A stretch of DNA of 64,000 nucleotides, taken from contig CAYFUF010000005.1 of assembly GCA_964346245.1 (NCBI GenBank), positions 250-64,249 of the forward strand, read 5' to 3'. Positions 26,807 through 36,563 of the stretch are shown piece after piece; the stretch's first letter is position 1; each line of letters starts with the position of its first letter. The notes below the pieces were generated by a model that was not told where the DNA came from, did not search any database, and saw only the letters and a program-made list of their open reading frames with translations. The DNA is from an uncultured Peptoniphilaceae bacterium. GTDB lineage: Bacteria; Bacillota; Clostridia; Tissierellales; Peptoniphilaceae. The position numbers and the translations under genes were made by a program.

Positions 26807-28150
26807 CTAGAGGTCTGCCTTGATAAACTGAAAGTTCTCGTTGGCTAACTGGATGATATCACCATGATGAATCTCCGCCTCCGCATAAGGAACAAGTACC
26901 TTTCCATTGAGAGCGGTCCTATTTGTCGAGTTGTTGTCTACCACATAGTAGCTAGATCCTTTCTGCACGATATAGGCGTGCATGCGGCTAATGGCAGGAT
27001 TGTTCAAGACGATATAGTTTGCTGAGGTCCTCGACTTGCCGATGTGAAAGACTACACCTTCAATCAAGATTTTCTCTGAATTGGCCATGCGGAAGAGAAA
27101 AGCCCTTTGATTAAGCTCTAGGTCATCCTTGCTAGCATCTGCCTTCTTCTCTCTGTCCTTCAAATACTTATCTTTGTTCTCCTTACTGTAGTGAGACAAG
27201 AGGTCTAAAAAGCTCATCCGCTCCTCTTTATTCTTCGATGTCGTTAAAGGCTTATTCTCTACATGGACAAGCCCTTGCTCCTCCCTAGCTGGTCCTGCTA
27301 ATGAACTTGACTCTATCTGATGAGGTGGACTTTGCCTTCTCACATAGCTAGGATGGGGCTCTCGTATGAGCGGTCTCGGTGGATAGGTGAGCGCCACATG
27401 TTGAAGACCTTCGCTGTTAAGGCCAGTTTCCATGATCTTGATAAGCCCTTCATGATAGCTAAGCTGATTAATATTGTCCCGACCTCCTTGTTTTGGGCTT
27501 TCACCCAAATTGACCAAGACTTCAACAGACTGAGGTTTAGTCTCAAGTCTATGAGCGCTAAGGTTAAGCAGGTGGCATTTCGTTTGGCTCTTTTCGACTT
27601 CTAATGAGGATGACAAAAAGGAAATCCTCTCCTTTAGGTCCGCCGGCGTTTTAACGCTAGCTTCGGCAAAGTAAATGAACATATCGCTTTTTGCTAACAG
27701 TTCGCCGCCCCCTTCTTTCGCCAGCCCAATGAGCTGTTGGAAGCTTAGGATGACCAGGTAATCATCGTAGCTCTTCTCCTTAGCAAGGGCTTGCAAAAAC
27801 TTATAGCTATCTTTAGGACTAAACTCATATAAGTCACTCAAGGATTCAAAAGGCTCAACCTTATCGAACATAATTCCAGGGCTGATAAACTCCTCTAGAC
27901 CAAAGTCCTCCTTGTAGTTGATGCTCTTTAAGCGGTAGAGGAGCTGACTAAGGCTCTTTTCCTCGCTGGGCTTTGCTAATTCATATTGCCCAAGAGGAAT
28001 CACTAAGACCTTCCGATTCTTACGGTAGAGAATCTGCGCTAGAGCTTGGCCAAACTCGTCAAGTCTCAAATAATCATCTACCATAACAAGCGGAATAAGC
28101 CTCCCCTCTCGTTTACTTTCTTCAGACCTATTGACTTGATTGTTTTTCAC
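26807..28150 (-). CDS. FHA-domain protein with N-terminal domain of unknown function
   Basis: 447 aa. The C-terminal roughly 100 aa form an FHA domain (FHIGKSRTSANYIVLNNPAISRMHAYIV...NSTNRTALNGK...GDIIQLANENFQF). A Pro-rich linker precedes it. The N-terminal roughly 210 aa are alpha/beta-like but unassigned. Confidence 0.8.
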   Translation of the reverse strand: MKNNQVNRSEESKREGRLIPLVMVDDYLRLDEFGQALAQILYRKNRKVLVIPLGQYELAKPSEEKSLSQLLYRLKSINYKEDFGLEEFISPGIMFDKVEPFESLSDLYEFSPKDSYKFLQALAKEKSYDDYLVILSFQQLIGLAKEGGGELLAKSDMFIYFAEASVKTPADLKERISFLSSSLEVEKSQTKCHLLNLSAHRLETKPQSVEVLVNLGESPKQGGRDNINQLSYHEGLIKIMETGLNSEGLQHVALTYPPRPLIREPHPSYVRRQSPPHQIESSSLAGPAREEQGLVHVENKPLTTSKNKEERMSFLDLLSHYSKENKDKYLKDREKKADASKDDLELNQRAFLFRMANSEKILIEGVVFHIGKSRTSANYIVLNNPAISRMHAYIVQKGSSYYVVDNNSTNRTALNGKVLVPYAEAEIHHGDIIQLANENFQFIKADL

Positions 28151-28230
28151 GACTTGCTACCTCCTATGACGCTGATAGGTTAAGTCTAGCATGGCCCATG
28201 TGCTAGAAGGTCCCGTGACCTTCCCAATTT

Positions 28231-28262
28231 AAAAGCTGCACTGAGAAAAATCAGCGCAGCTT
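28231..28262 (-). terminator. Intrinsic terminator after nfnAB
   Basis: AAGCTGCACTGA-6 nt-TCAGCGCAGCTT (12-bp stem with one mismatch) followed by TTT on the minus strand. Confidence 0.6.
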
Positions 28263-28284
28263 CCTTGTTTTATTCTGTTTACCT

Positions 28285-30585
28285 TTATTCAGCAGGGTTT
28301 GCTTCCATTTTGCCAGCTAGGTAAGCATTGATGCCAGCTGCAGCCTTGCGGCCAGCGCCCATAGCTAGGATAACGGTAGCAGAACCGGTAACGGCATCAC
28401 CACCAGCGAAAACGCCGTCCATTGTGGTCATGCAGGTTTCTTCATCGATCAGAATACCTCCCTTAGGATTCTTCTGAATCTCATCCGCACCTGTAGTCGC
28501 AATAGGATTAGCGCGAGTTCCAAGGGCCATGATGACGGTATCACAACCAAGGACAAACTCTGAACCTGGGACTTCTTGTGGTCTTCTACGACCGCTCTCA
28601 TCAGGCTCGCCAAGCTCCATCTTCACGCACTTAATACCAGATACCCAGCCCTTGTCATCTAAGAGAATCTCTACTGGTGTCTGTTGCAGGTTGAAAATTA
28701 CGCCCTCTTCCTTAGCGTGGTGAACTTCTTCGGTACGAGCAGGAAGCTCTTCCTCGCCACGGCGGTAGACGATTCTACTTTGAGCGCCTAGACGAAGCGC
28801 AGTTCTCGCTGCATCCATTGCGACGTTACCACCACCAACAGTGACAACATTCTTGCCACGGAAGATTTCTGTTTCGTACTCGTCGCTGTAAGCGCGCATC
28901 AAGTTCGTTCTAGTTAGGTATTCATTCGCAGAGAAAACACCATTTCCGTTCTCGCCAGGAATGTTCATGAAGAATGGTAGACCAGCACCCGAGCCAAGGA
29001 AGACAGCATCGAAGCCTTCTTCTTCCATCAAGCTCTTGATGGTTACGGTTTGGCCAACGAAGACGTCATTAACGATTTCTACACCCATCTTGACCACGCT
29101 GTCGACTTCGTACTTAACGACATCATCCTTAGGTAGACGGAACTCAGGGATACCGTATTGGAGAACGCCACCAGACAAGTGAAGAGATTCGAAGATGGTC
29201 ACATCGTGACCCGCCTTAGCAAGGTCGCCTGCACAAGCGATACCAGCAGGTCCAGCACCGACGATAGCAACGCGCTTACCAGTCTTTTCAACATCTGGCT
29301 CTGCAAGGTGAACATCATTGTGTCTTGCCCAGTCAGCGGTGTAGCGCTCTAATTTACCGATAGCAACAGGCTCGCCCTTGATACCACGGATACATTGACC
29401 TTCACATTGCTCTTCTTGTGGGCAGACGCGTCCGCAGACAGCTGGGAGTGTAGTGGAATCGCTAAGAATCTCGAAAGCTTTCTCCATATTGCCTGTCTTG
29501 ATTTCACGGATAAAACCTGGAATGTCGATAGCTACAGGGCAGCCAGCAACACACTTAGGGTTCTTACAATCGATACAACGGGAAGCTTCTTTTTGAGCTT
29601 CGTCTGCTGTGTAACCCAAGCAAACTTCATCGAAGTTGTTGGAGCGAATGAGCGGATCTTGCTCAGAAATGGGCACTTTGGTATTAATGTCGAAACCAGC
29701 CTCTGGAATACTGTGGCAACCATCAGCATTGTGGAAGGTGTCCCCTTCCTCTTGCATCAATAATTCTCGGCCTTCTGGTGTCTTGTAGAGTTTCATGCGG
29801 TTCATGGCTTCATCAAAGTTAACCTTGTGACCATCGAATTCAGGACCGTCAACACAGGCGAACTTAACTTCACCATCAATTGTCAAGCGGCAAGCGCCAC
29901 ACATACCAGTACCGTCAACCATAACAGGGTTCATGGAGACAATAGTTGGAATACCAAGATTCTTGGTAAGGAGGGTGACGAATTTCATCATAATCATTGG
30001 TCCAATGACAATACATTCGTCGTAGTGTTTGCCCTCTTTGGTTACTAGATCTTCTAAGCAATTGGTTACCATACCGTGGCGACCATATGTACCATCATCA
30101 GTCGTAACATAGACGTTGCCGACTTTGTTCATCTTCTCTTCCCAGAAGACAAGATCTTTCGTTCTAGCACCCATGATGACATCAGGAGTGATTCCATGCT
30201 CATGCATCCACTTTACTTGTGGATAAATTGGTGCGCTACCAAGACCACCACCTATAAAGACGATGTTCTTTTTCTTTAATTCTTCAATGTTCTCGAAGAG
30301 AAAGTCAGAAGGATTACCTAGTGGTCCCTCAACGTTCTCGAGCATTTCACCTTCATGGTAATGGCTAATCTTTGTCGTTCCAGGACCAACTTCTTGAACG
30401 ACAATCGTTACTGTTCCTGCTTCACGGTTATAATCTGCAATAGTTAGAGGAATTCTCTCACTATAGCGGTCTGCCTTGACAATTAAGAATTGTCCGGGGT
30501 GGCAGGATTTAGCAATTCTTGGCGCCTCAATTTCCATGCCAAAGATATTCTCAGCTAAATCATATCTTTTTACAATCTTATACAT
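28285..30585 (-). CDS. nfnAB: Fused NfnA-NfnB-like oxidoreductase (PyrK-like FAD/2Fe-2S module plus GltD-like 2x[4Fe-4S]/FAD/NADPH module)
   Basis: 766 aa. The N-terminal part is PyrK/NfnA-like (RIPLTIADY, GGGLGSAP, CGACRL...C). The C-terminal part is GltD/NfnB-like (CIDCKNPKCVAGCP, CGRVCPQEEQCEGQC, VAIVGAGPAGIACAG, VVTVGGGNVAMDAART). Confidence 0.85.
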   Translation of the reverse strand: MYKIVKRYDLAENIFGMEIEAPRIAKSCHPGQFLIVKADRYSERIPLTIADYNREAGTVTIVVQEVGPGTTKISHYHEGEMLENVEGPLGNPSDFLFENIEELKKKNIVFIGGGLGSAPIYPQVKWMHEHGITPDVIMGARTKDLVFWEEKMNKVGNVYVTTDDGTYGRHGMVTNCLEDLVTKEGKHYDECIVIGPMIMMKFVTLLTKNLGIPTIVSMNPVMVDGTGMCGACRLTIDGEVKFACVDGPEFDGHKVNFDEAMNRMKLYKTPEGRELLMQEEGDTFHNADGCHSIPEAGFDINTKVPISEQDPLIRSNNFDEVCLGYTADEAQKEASRCIDCKNPKCVAGCPVAIDIPGFIREIKTGNMEKAFEILSDSTTLPAVCGRVCPQEEQCEGQCIRGIKGEPVAIGKLERYTADWARHNDVHLAEPDVEKTGKRVAIVGAGPAGIACAGDLAKAGHDVTIFESLHLSGGVLQYGIPEFRLPKDDVVKYEVDSVVKMGVEIVNDVFVGQTVTIKSLMEEEGFDAVFLGSGAGLPFFMNIPGENGNGVFSANEYLTRTNLMRAYSDEYETEIFRGKNVVTVGGGNVAMDAARTALRLGAQSRIVYRRGEEELPARTEEVHHAKEEGVIFNLQQTPVEILLDDKGWVSGIKCVKMELGEPDESGRRRPQEVPGSEFVLGCDTVIMALGTRANPIATTGADEIQKNPKGGILIDEETCMTTMDGVFAGGDAVTGSATVILAMGAGRKAAAGINAYLAGKMEANPAE

Positions 30586-30678
30586 CTTCGCTCCTTTTCG
30601 AGGTTTATATGGTGATACTTTTACAAAACGAGGTTACTTTGTGTTTGCATAACTAGCTTAATAATTTCCTCTTCGTCA

Positions 30679-30706
30679 ATTATAACCTAAATTTTCATTA
30701 TGACAA
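30679..30706 (-). promoter_or_regulatory. Candidate nfnAB promoter
   Basis: Minus strand reads TTGTCA-16 nt-TATAAT, about 90 nt upstream of ATG 30585. Confidence 0.55.
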
Positions 30707-30950
30707 AAAAATCTCATTATAATTACTTTGTTAACTATGATTAACGACTCAATTCCTAAATCTGAGGGAAAGCTTTATGCTTGCTTGAAATTATTATACT
30801 CTTCGGGCATACTAGTTGGGTATGCTGATTTAGAATAATGAAATACTTATTAAGGAGCTTAATCAGGATTTAATTAATTCTTTACATTCACTTCATAACT
30901 TCTACAAACTATCCGATATAATTAACTTAGCATACAATAAAGGGGCACCC

Positions 30951-31604
30951 ATGAGAGACAATAAAAATATTGTTGATGAAAAATTATCCCAAATCGATAT
31001 AGAGGAAGCCAAACAGGCCAAGCACCGCATCCGCCTCTTCACTGGCATATTTATCATAGCCGTAATCATCTTCCTGATTTATGGTTATAGCAAGGATTGG
31101 TTTTCTTCGGAGAAGCCACTAGCTGATTTTTTTGCTAGTTTGGGCACTTATGGCTATTTTCTCGGAGTCATCCTTATTGTTCTAAACACTATCTTTCCCG
31201 TAATACCCGGTGCTTTGCCAGGGATTGCGGTCTATATGGCCTATGGACCCATTTTAGGTTTTTTGACGGTCTATATCGTATCTGTCCTCGGCTCGATGCT
31301 GAGCTTCAAGCTATCGAAACGCTATGGTAAAACTTTCGTTTTGGCTTTTGTACCAACTGAAGTTTACGACAACCTCGTCGACCGAATCCGTAATGAAAAG
31401 ACTGCGATCAAAATTGCCATCATTGCTTTTTTGGTTCCTGGGCTGCCTGATGATGCAACCGTTATGGTTTCCGGCCTCACAGACATGAGGCCTTGGACCT
31501 TGTTTGTGATTCTTGTGTTGACCAAACCTCTACCTACCCTCTTATACCTTTGGGGTTCCTCCAAGGTCATTGAATTCTTGTTGGGTTGGATTACTAAACT
31601 ATAG
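30951..31604 (+). CDS. TVP38/TMEM64 (DedA-related, SNARE-associated domain) membrane protein
   Basis: 217 aa with 5-6 TM segments. The pattern ...PGALPGIAV...KLSKRYGK...VPGLPDD... is typical of the family. Confidence 0.75.
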   Translation: MRDNKNIVDEKLSQIDIEEAKQAKHRIRLFTGIFIIAVIIFLIYGYSKDWFSSEKPLADFFASLGTYGYFLGVILIVLNTIFPVIPGALPGIAVYMAYGPILGFLTVYIVSVLGSMLSFKLSKRYGKTFVLAFVPTEVYDNLVDRIRNEKTAIKIAIIAFLVPGLPDDATVMVSGLTDMRPWTLFVILVLTKPLPTLLYLWGSSKVIEFLLGWITKL

Positions 31605-31620
31605 ATATTCCACTAATTAT

Positions 31621-31648
31621 TTGACAACTTCATAAACTGTGCTAGTAT
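31621..31648 (+). promoter_or_regulatory. rib operon promoter
   Basis: TTGACA-16 nt-TAGTAT, directly upstream of the FMN aptamer. Confidence 0.65.
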
Positions 31649-31654
31649 TGTCTT

Positions 31655-31801
31655 AGATACATCTTCAGGGCAGGGTGAAATTCCCTACCGGTGGTATAGC
31701 CCACGAGCCGCAAGGCTGATTCGGTGAAACTCCGAAGCCGACAGTAAAGTCTGGATGAAAGAAGATTAATGCTCTGGGACAGTTTTTGTTCCAGTTTTTT
31801 T
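31655..31801 (+). promoter_or_regulatory. FMN riboswitch (RFN element) with its terminator
   Basis: The aptamer sequence matches the RFN consensus blocks: ATCTTCAGGGCAGGGTGAAATTCCCTACCGGTGGTATAGCCCACGAGCCGCAAGGCTGATTCGGTGAAACTCCGAAGCCGACAGTAAAGTCTGGATGAAAGAAGAT. It is followed by hairpin CTGGGAC-7 nt-GTTCCAG and T7 (31774..31801). Confidence 0.9.
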
Positions 31802-31850
31802 ATGAAAACAGCTAGCTTACGCTAGGCAGAGCTAAACATCTACCTTTTCA

Positions 31851-31879
31851 CGCCTGAGGATTTCCTCAGGCGTTTTTTT
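31851..31879 (+). terminator. Second, stronger terminator-like hairpin in the rib leader
   Basis: CGCCTGAGG-ATTT-CCTCAGGCG, a perfect 9-bp stem, followed by T7. It ends 35 nt before ribD ATG 31914. Confidence 0.6.
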
Positions 31880-31913
31880 ATCCTTGTGTATCGAGTTTGT
31901 AAGGGAGGTTAGT

Positions 31914-32996
31914 ATGAATGATCGAGAATATATGAGAAGAGCGATTCAACTGGCGGAAACCGCCAGAGGGAACGTGTCCCCCAACCCCCTAGTGGGCGCT
32001 GTTATCGTTAAGGATGGCCGTATAATTGGCGAGGGTTATCATGCCACCTATGGGGGCCTCCATGCCGAGACGGCTGCACTTGCTGCAGCAAGCGAAGATC
32101 CCAAGGGAGCAACTGTTTATGTCAACCTTGAGCCTTGCTGCCACGTGGGTAAACAAGGCGCCTGCTCTAAGGCTTTGATAGAAGCTGGCATCAGCCGCTT
32201 AGTCTACGGGTCAGTGGACCCTAATCCAAAAGTGGCAGGACAAGGTCTTGAAGAGTTGAAAGCTGCTGGTGTTCAGGTTGATGGTCCTCTTATGGAAGAA
32301 GAGTGCTTGGCACTAAATCAAACGTTTAACTACTACATGACGACTGGCCGTCCCTATGTTGCCTTGAAGTATGCCATGAGCCAAGACGGTAAGATAAGCA
32401 CTAAGGATAGAGACTCGAGAGGCATAAGTTCCGATGAGGCTAACCGTTTTGTCCACGGGCTTAGAAACGACTATCAAGCAATTCTCGTTGGTATAGGAAC
32501 TGTACTGGCCGACGACCCCCTACTGACCTGCCGCATAGAAGGTGGCGTAAATCCGACTAGGATTATTCTAGATAGCAAGCTTGCGATTCCGAAGGACACT
32601 CAACTAGTCCAAACGGCTAAGGAAGTGCCTACCATTATCTTTACGGCGAGTCGGGATGATCATAAGAAACAGATGCTTGAAGATTTAGGACTTCAGCTTA
32701 TCCAGGTTGGTTCAATTGATGGCACACTTGACCTTGAACAAGTCCTCGATGAGCTAGGTAAACAAAAGATTGCCTCTATCCTGGTGGAAGGTGGTTCAAT
32801 GATCCATGGTGCTTTCATCGATGCTGGTCTCTACAACAAGCTCTATACGTTCATTGCACCTAAGTTAATAGGATCGGCTCAAGCCTTAAGCCCTGTTGCT
32901 GGTTCTGGTGTTTCTAAGGTTAACGAAGCACACCCCCTAAAGACAGTACGGGTCCTACGCTTAGGCCCAGATGTCCTGATAGAAAGTGAGGTTTAA
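31914..32996 (+). CDS. ribD: Bifunctional riboflavin deaminase/reductase RibD
   Basis: I chose ATG 31914 (MNDREYMRRAIQLAE, RBS AAGGGAGG) over the upstream TTG, giving 360 aa. The deaminase motifs are HAE and PCxxC (LEPCCHVGKQGAC). Confidence 0.92.
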   Translation: MNDREYMRRAIQLAETARGNVSPNPLVGAVIVKDGRIIGEGYHATYGGLHAETAALAAASEDPKGATVYVNLEPCCHVGKQGACSKALIEAGISRLVYGSVDPNPKVAGQGLEELKAAGVQVDGPLMEEECLALNQTFNYYMTTGRPYVALKYAMSQDGKISTKDRDSRGISSDEANRFVHGLRNDYQAILVGIGTVLADDPLLTCRIEGGVNPTRIILDSKLAIPKDTQLVQTAKEVPTIIFTASRDDHKKQMLEDLGLQLIQVGSIDGTLDLEQVLDELGKQKIASILVEGGSMIHGAFIDAGLYNKLYTFIAPKLIGSAQALSPVAGSGVSKVNEAHPLKTVRVLRLGPDVLIESEV

Positions 32997-33650
32997 ATGT
33001 TCACCGGTATTGTGGAAGAAATCGGCACACTCGCTAAAGTCAGGCCGGGAGCCAAATCAGCTAGTCTAACTATCTCCTGTAAAAGGATTCTAGAGGACAT
33101 TTCGGTTGGAGACAGCATATCTACCAATGGCGTTTGCCTCACAGTAACCCACTTCGATAAGAGTTCCTTTAGCTGTGATGTGATGCATGAGAGCTTAAGG
33201 CGGACTAGCTTTGATGGCCTCTCCTTAGGTTCGCCGTTGAATTTAGAAAGGGCAATGCCAATCGGTGGTCGCTTTGGCGGACACTTGGTGTCAGGCCACA
33301 TTGACGGAGTAGGCACTATCACTGCTATCCGCCAGGATGATACAGCCGTTTGGTTTACTGTATCCGCAGCAAAAAGCATCCTAAAATATATCATCGACAA
33401 GGGGTCCATTACCATCGATGGCATCAGCCTGACTATAGCGAAGGTGACCAGTGAAGATTTCTCCGTATCTTGCATTCCCCATACTTTAGCGGTTACCAAT
33501 TTAGGGAGCAAAAAAGAGGGAAACCTAGTCAATCTGGAATGTGACCTCATTGGCAAGTATGTGGAAAAGCTTCTTCGGTTCCAAGAAGAGGAAGGAATGG
33601 ATAAGAAGAGCAGAATCTCGAGAGACTTTCTCGCTGAACATGGTTTTTAG
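32997..33650 (+). CDS. ribE: Riboflavin synthase (alpha chain)
   Basis: 217 aa starting [11 protein letters not shown], with the duplicated lumazine-binding repeat ([11 protein letters not shown] / [11 protein letters not shown]). Confidence 0.93.
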   Translation: MFTGIVEEIGTLAKVRPGAKSASLTISCKRILEDISVGDSISTNGVCLTVTHFDKSSFSCDVMHESLRRTSFDGLSLGSPLNLERAMPIGGRFGGHLVSGHIDGVGTITAIRQDDTAVWFTVSAAKSILKYIIDKGSITIDGISLTIAKVTSEDFSVSCIPHTLAVTNLGSKKEGNLVNLECDLIGKYVEKLLRFQEEEGMDKKSRISRDFLAEHGF

Positions 33651-33661
33651 AAAGGGAAGAC

Positions 33662-34897
33662 ATGGAAAAGATTAATGACAACATCAAGATGGTGAAAAGT
33701 GAAAAGGTTCAACTAAACACCATCGAAGAGGCTTTAGAGAGTTTGCGAAGAAATGAAATGATTCTCGTTATCGACGACCCCGACCGAGAGAATGAGGGCG
33801 ACCTCATATGCGCCGCTCAGCAGGTGACAACGGAGCAGATCAACTTTATGGCCCAATATGGTAAGGGCTTAATCTGCATGCCGATGTCTTTGGACTACAT
33901 CAAGAGCTTACAATTGCCCCAGATGGTCGTCAACAACACGGATAATCACGAGACTGCCTTCACTGTTTCCATTGACCACATCGATACCAGCACGGGTATT
34001 TCAGCTGAAGACAGAGCGCTCACCGCGCGCAAGGTTTGTGAGGAAGGCAACAACCCCTTGAACTTCCGCCGACCTGGTCACATGTTCCCCCTTCTTGCCA
34101 AAGAGCATGGCGTCTTGGAGCGCAATGGTCACACCGAGGCGACAGTCGATCTGATGCGCCTGGCTGGTCTGAAAGAGGTAGGTATCTGCTGTGAGATTAT
34201 GGGCGACAACGGGCTCATGATGCGCACCAAAGAGCTGATTCCTTTTGCGAAGGAGCATGGACTTGTCATTATCAGCGTCAAGGACCTCCAGTACTACCGC
34301 AAGCGTCACGAAACCCTGGTTGAACAAGTATCTGATGTCAGCCTACCCACTAAACATGGCGACTTTAGAGCTAAAACTTTCATCGACCAGGTGACGGGTG
34401 AACACCATATTGCCCTAGTCAAGGGAGATGTGGGTAATGGAGAAAATGTCCTCTGCCGAGTCCACTCCGAATGCTTAACTGGAGACGCTTTTGGCTCTTA
34501 CCGCTGCGACTGCGGTGACCAGTTAGCCACCTCCATGGAAATGATTGAAAAGGAAGGCCGGGGCATTGTCCTTTACATGCGTCAAGAAGGACGCGGTATT
34601 GGCCTAGTCAACAAAATTAAGGCCTATGAGCTGCAGGATCAGGGCATGGACACACTAGAAGCTAACTTAGCCCTAGGTTTTCCAGGCGATGCCAGAGACT
34701 ACTATATCGGCGCTCAAATCCTCAGAGCGCTGGGTGTCAAAACGCTCCGCCTACTCACCAATAATCCCGACAAGGTCTACCAGTTGAGCGACTACGGTAT
34801 GGAAATCGTGGAGAGAGTGCCCATCTGTATCGAAGCCAACCCAATCGATAAGCATTACTTAGACACCAAAAAAGATAAGATGGGCCACATCCTTTAG
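33662..34897 (+). CDS. ribBA: Bifunctional DHBP synthase / GTP cyclohydrolase II
   Basis: 411 aa. The RibB part carries [12 protein letters not shown]. The RibA part carries [20 protein letters not shown]. Confidence 0.93.
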   Translation: MEKINDNIKMVKSEKVQLNTIEEALESLRRNEMILVIDDPDRENEGDLICAAQQVTTEQINFMAQYGKGLICMPMSLDYIKSLQLPQMVVNNTDNHETAFTVSIDHIDTSTGISAEDRALTARKVCEEGNNPLNFRRPGHMFPLLAKEHGVLERNGHTEATVDLMRLAGLKEVGICCEIMGDNGLMMRTKELIPFAKEHGLVIISVKDLQYYRKRHETLVEQVSDVSLPTKHGDFRAKTFIDQVTGEHHIALVKGDVGNGENVLCRVHSECLTGDAFGSYRCDCGDQLATSMEMIEKEGRGIVLYMRQEGRGIGLVNKIKAYELQDQGMDTLEANLALGFPGDARDYYIGAQILRALGVKTLRLLTNNPDKVYQLSDYGMEIVERVPICIEANPIDKHYLDTKKDKMGHIL

Positions 34898-34990
34898 TAA
34901 GCCCAGCAAGAATCTATAACTACTATTCAACAGATCATAAATCACGTGAATAAACCAAACTTGAAAGGAAATATGATGATTAAGGAAAAA

Positions 34991-35458
34991 ATGAAGGTAT
35001 ACGAAGGTAAATATTTAGCCGGTAATAAGCGTTTCGCCATAGTCGTCTCTCGCTTTAACGAATTCATCACTGCTAAACTGCTTGGCGGAGCGATTGACGC
35101 ACTCACTCGCCACGATGTTGAAGACGAGAATATTGAAGTCTACTGGGTTCCAGGCGCTTTCGAGATTCCCCTAGTAGCCAAAAAGCTAGCTGGCAAAGAC
35201 AATATCGATGCCGTCATCTGTCTGGGTGCAGTCATCCGTGGTTCAACCAGCCACTATGACTTAGTCTGCAATGAAGTAAGCAAGGGAGTTGCCCAAGTTG
35301 GCCTGCAAAGCGAGCTTCCTGTTATCTTCGGTCTAGTCACCACCGACTCCATCGAACAAGCTATCGAACGGGCAGGCACCAAAGCGGGCAACAAGGGATA
35401 CGATGCTGCTATCTCTGCCTTAGAGATGGTTAACCTCTTCGACGAGCTTGATGACTAA
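34991..35458 (+). CDS. ribH: 6,7-dimethyl-8-ribityllumazine synthase
   Basis: I chose ATG 34991 ([26 protein letters not shown]) because that N-terminus is typical of the family. In-frame ATGs at 34973 and 34976 are alternatives. Confidence 0.88.
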   Translation: MKVYEGKYLAGNKRFAIVVSRFNEFITAKLLGGAIDALTRHDVEDENIEVYWVPGAFEIPLVAKKLAGKDNIDAVICLGAVIRGSTSHYDLVCNEVSKGVAQVGLQSELPVIFGLVTTDSIEQAIERAGTKAGNKGYDAAISALEMVNLFDELDD

Positions 35459-35485
35459 GACCTTTGAATACTTAAATGAAACAAT

Positions 35486-35523
35486 GGGCTGCGCGCAAAC
35501 TACCTGCGCCAGCCCACTTTTTA
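35486..35523. terminator. Bidirectional terminator between ribH and msrAB
   Basis: GGGCTGCGCGCA...TGCGCCAGCCC (GC-rich stem with one bulge) followed by ACTTTTT on the plus strand. Confidence 0.6.
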
Positions 35524-35544
35524 TCCTAACTTATTATCAGCCTC

Positions 35545-36513
35545 TTATTCTTCAACAAAAGGAATGTAGTCCCCGTAACCTGCCTCTTCCATTTCCTCTA
35601 AAGGAATGAAACGCAGGGACAAGCCGTTAATGCAGTAGCGAAGGCCTCCCTTTTGGCTAGGGCCGTCCTCAAAGACATGCCCCAGATGGCTATCTGCCCC
35701 CTCGCTTCTCACTTCGATCCGGTGGCGGTTCAAGCTGAAGTCATCCTTGTACTGGATCTTGTTCTGGGTGATAGGCTTGGTAAAACTTGGCCAACCGCAA
35801 CCAGCATCGTACTTATCTCTTGAGGAGAATAGCGGCTCCCCACTGACTACATCCACATAGATACCAGCATCCTCTTTCTTATCGTACTCATGAGAGAAAG
35901 GCGCCTCAGTACCAGCCTCCTGAGTCACATGGTAAACTTCCTCCGATAGGCTGGACCGCAATTCTTCCTCACTTGGCTTTTGGAACACGCCTTCTCTATC
36001 TTCCAAAGGTAGGTCAGCTAAAGCCAAGTCGATATGGCAGTAACCACCTGAATGCTTATCCAGATACTTTTGGTGCTCCTCTTCAGCCGCCACATAGTTG
36101 TCTAATGGGGCTAACTCCACTGCAATCTGCTTGTCATACTTGGTCTGCAGCTGCTTCAAGCTCCGCTCAGCCCTTTTGCCGCTCTTCTCATCCACATAGT
36201 AAATCCCCGTCCGATACTGCCTACCTACGTCATTTCCTTGGCGGTCGACGCTGATTGGGTCAATGATGCGATACAAGTGCTGGAGAATCTCTTCAAGAGA
36301 GATGACGTTGGCATCATAGACAAGGCGGAGGGTCTCCGCATGGTCAGTTTGAGCGAGCTCGTAATAGGAGGTCTTTTCACTTTGACCATTAGCGTAGCCA
36401 ACCTCTGTTTCAAGAACCCCATCCAAGCGCTGAAAGTAACCCTCAACACCCCAGAAACAGCCCCCAGCTAAATAGATTTCCTGCTTATCCTGGTATCTTC
36501 GATTGAAATTCAT
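35545..36513 (-). CDS. msrAB: Bifunctional methionine sulfoxide reductase MsrA-MsrB
   Basis: 322 aa with the MsrA motif GGCFWG at the N-terminus and the MsrB motifs CGWPSF and RYCINGLSL at the C-terminus. Confidence 0.92.
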   Translation of the reverse strand: MNFNRRYQDKQEIYLAGGCFWGVEGYFQRLDGVLETEVGYANGQSEKTSYYELAQTDHAETLRLVYDANVISLEEILQHLYRIIDPISVDRQGNDVGRQYRTGIYYVDEKSGKRAERSLKQLQTKYDKQIAVELAPLDNYVAAEEEHQKYLDKHSGGYCHIDLALADLPLEDREGVFQKPSEEELRSSLSEEVYHVTQEAGTEAPFSHEYDKKEDAGIYVDVVSGEPLFSSRDKYDAGCGWPSFTKPITQNKIQYKDDFSLNRHRIEVRSEGADSHLGHVFEDGPSQKGGLRYCINGLSLRFIPLEEMEEAGYGDYIPFVEE

Positions 36514-36563
36514 CTATACTTCCTCCTCTTCCTACAAACCGCTAGATTTGCTTCTAGTTCCTG

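Noticed and set aside
28207-28230. Third copy of the TTGGGA... motif upstream of the FHA gene (AAATTGGGAAGGTCACGGGACC)
   Set aside because: Only AAATTGGGA is shared. The ACGTT core and a correctly spaced -10 are missing. The sequence is better explained as a small hairpin (AAGGTC/GACCTT) next to the nfnAB terminator.
30728-30747. Rex (redox repressor) box upstream of nfnAB: TCGTTAA-TCATAG-TTAACAA on the minus strand
   Set aside because: The half-sites are nearly perfect for TTGTTAA/TTAACAA. However, the spacer is 6 nt rather than the 4 nt of the 18-bp Rex consensus as I recall it. This is not enough to call, but it is worth a PWM scan.
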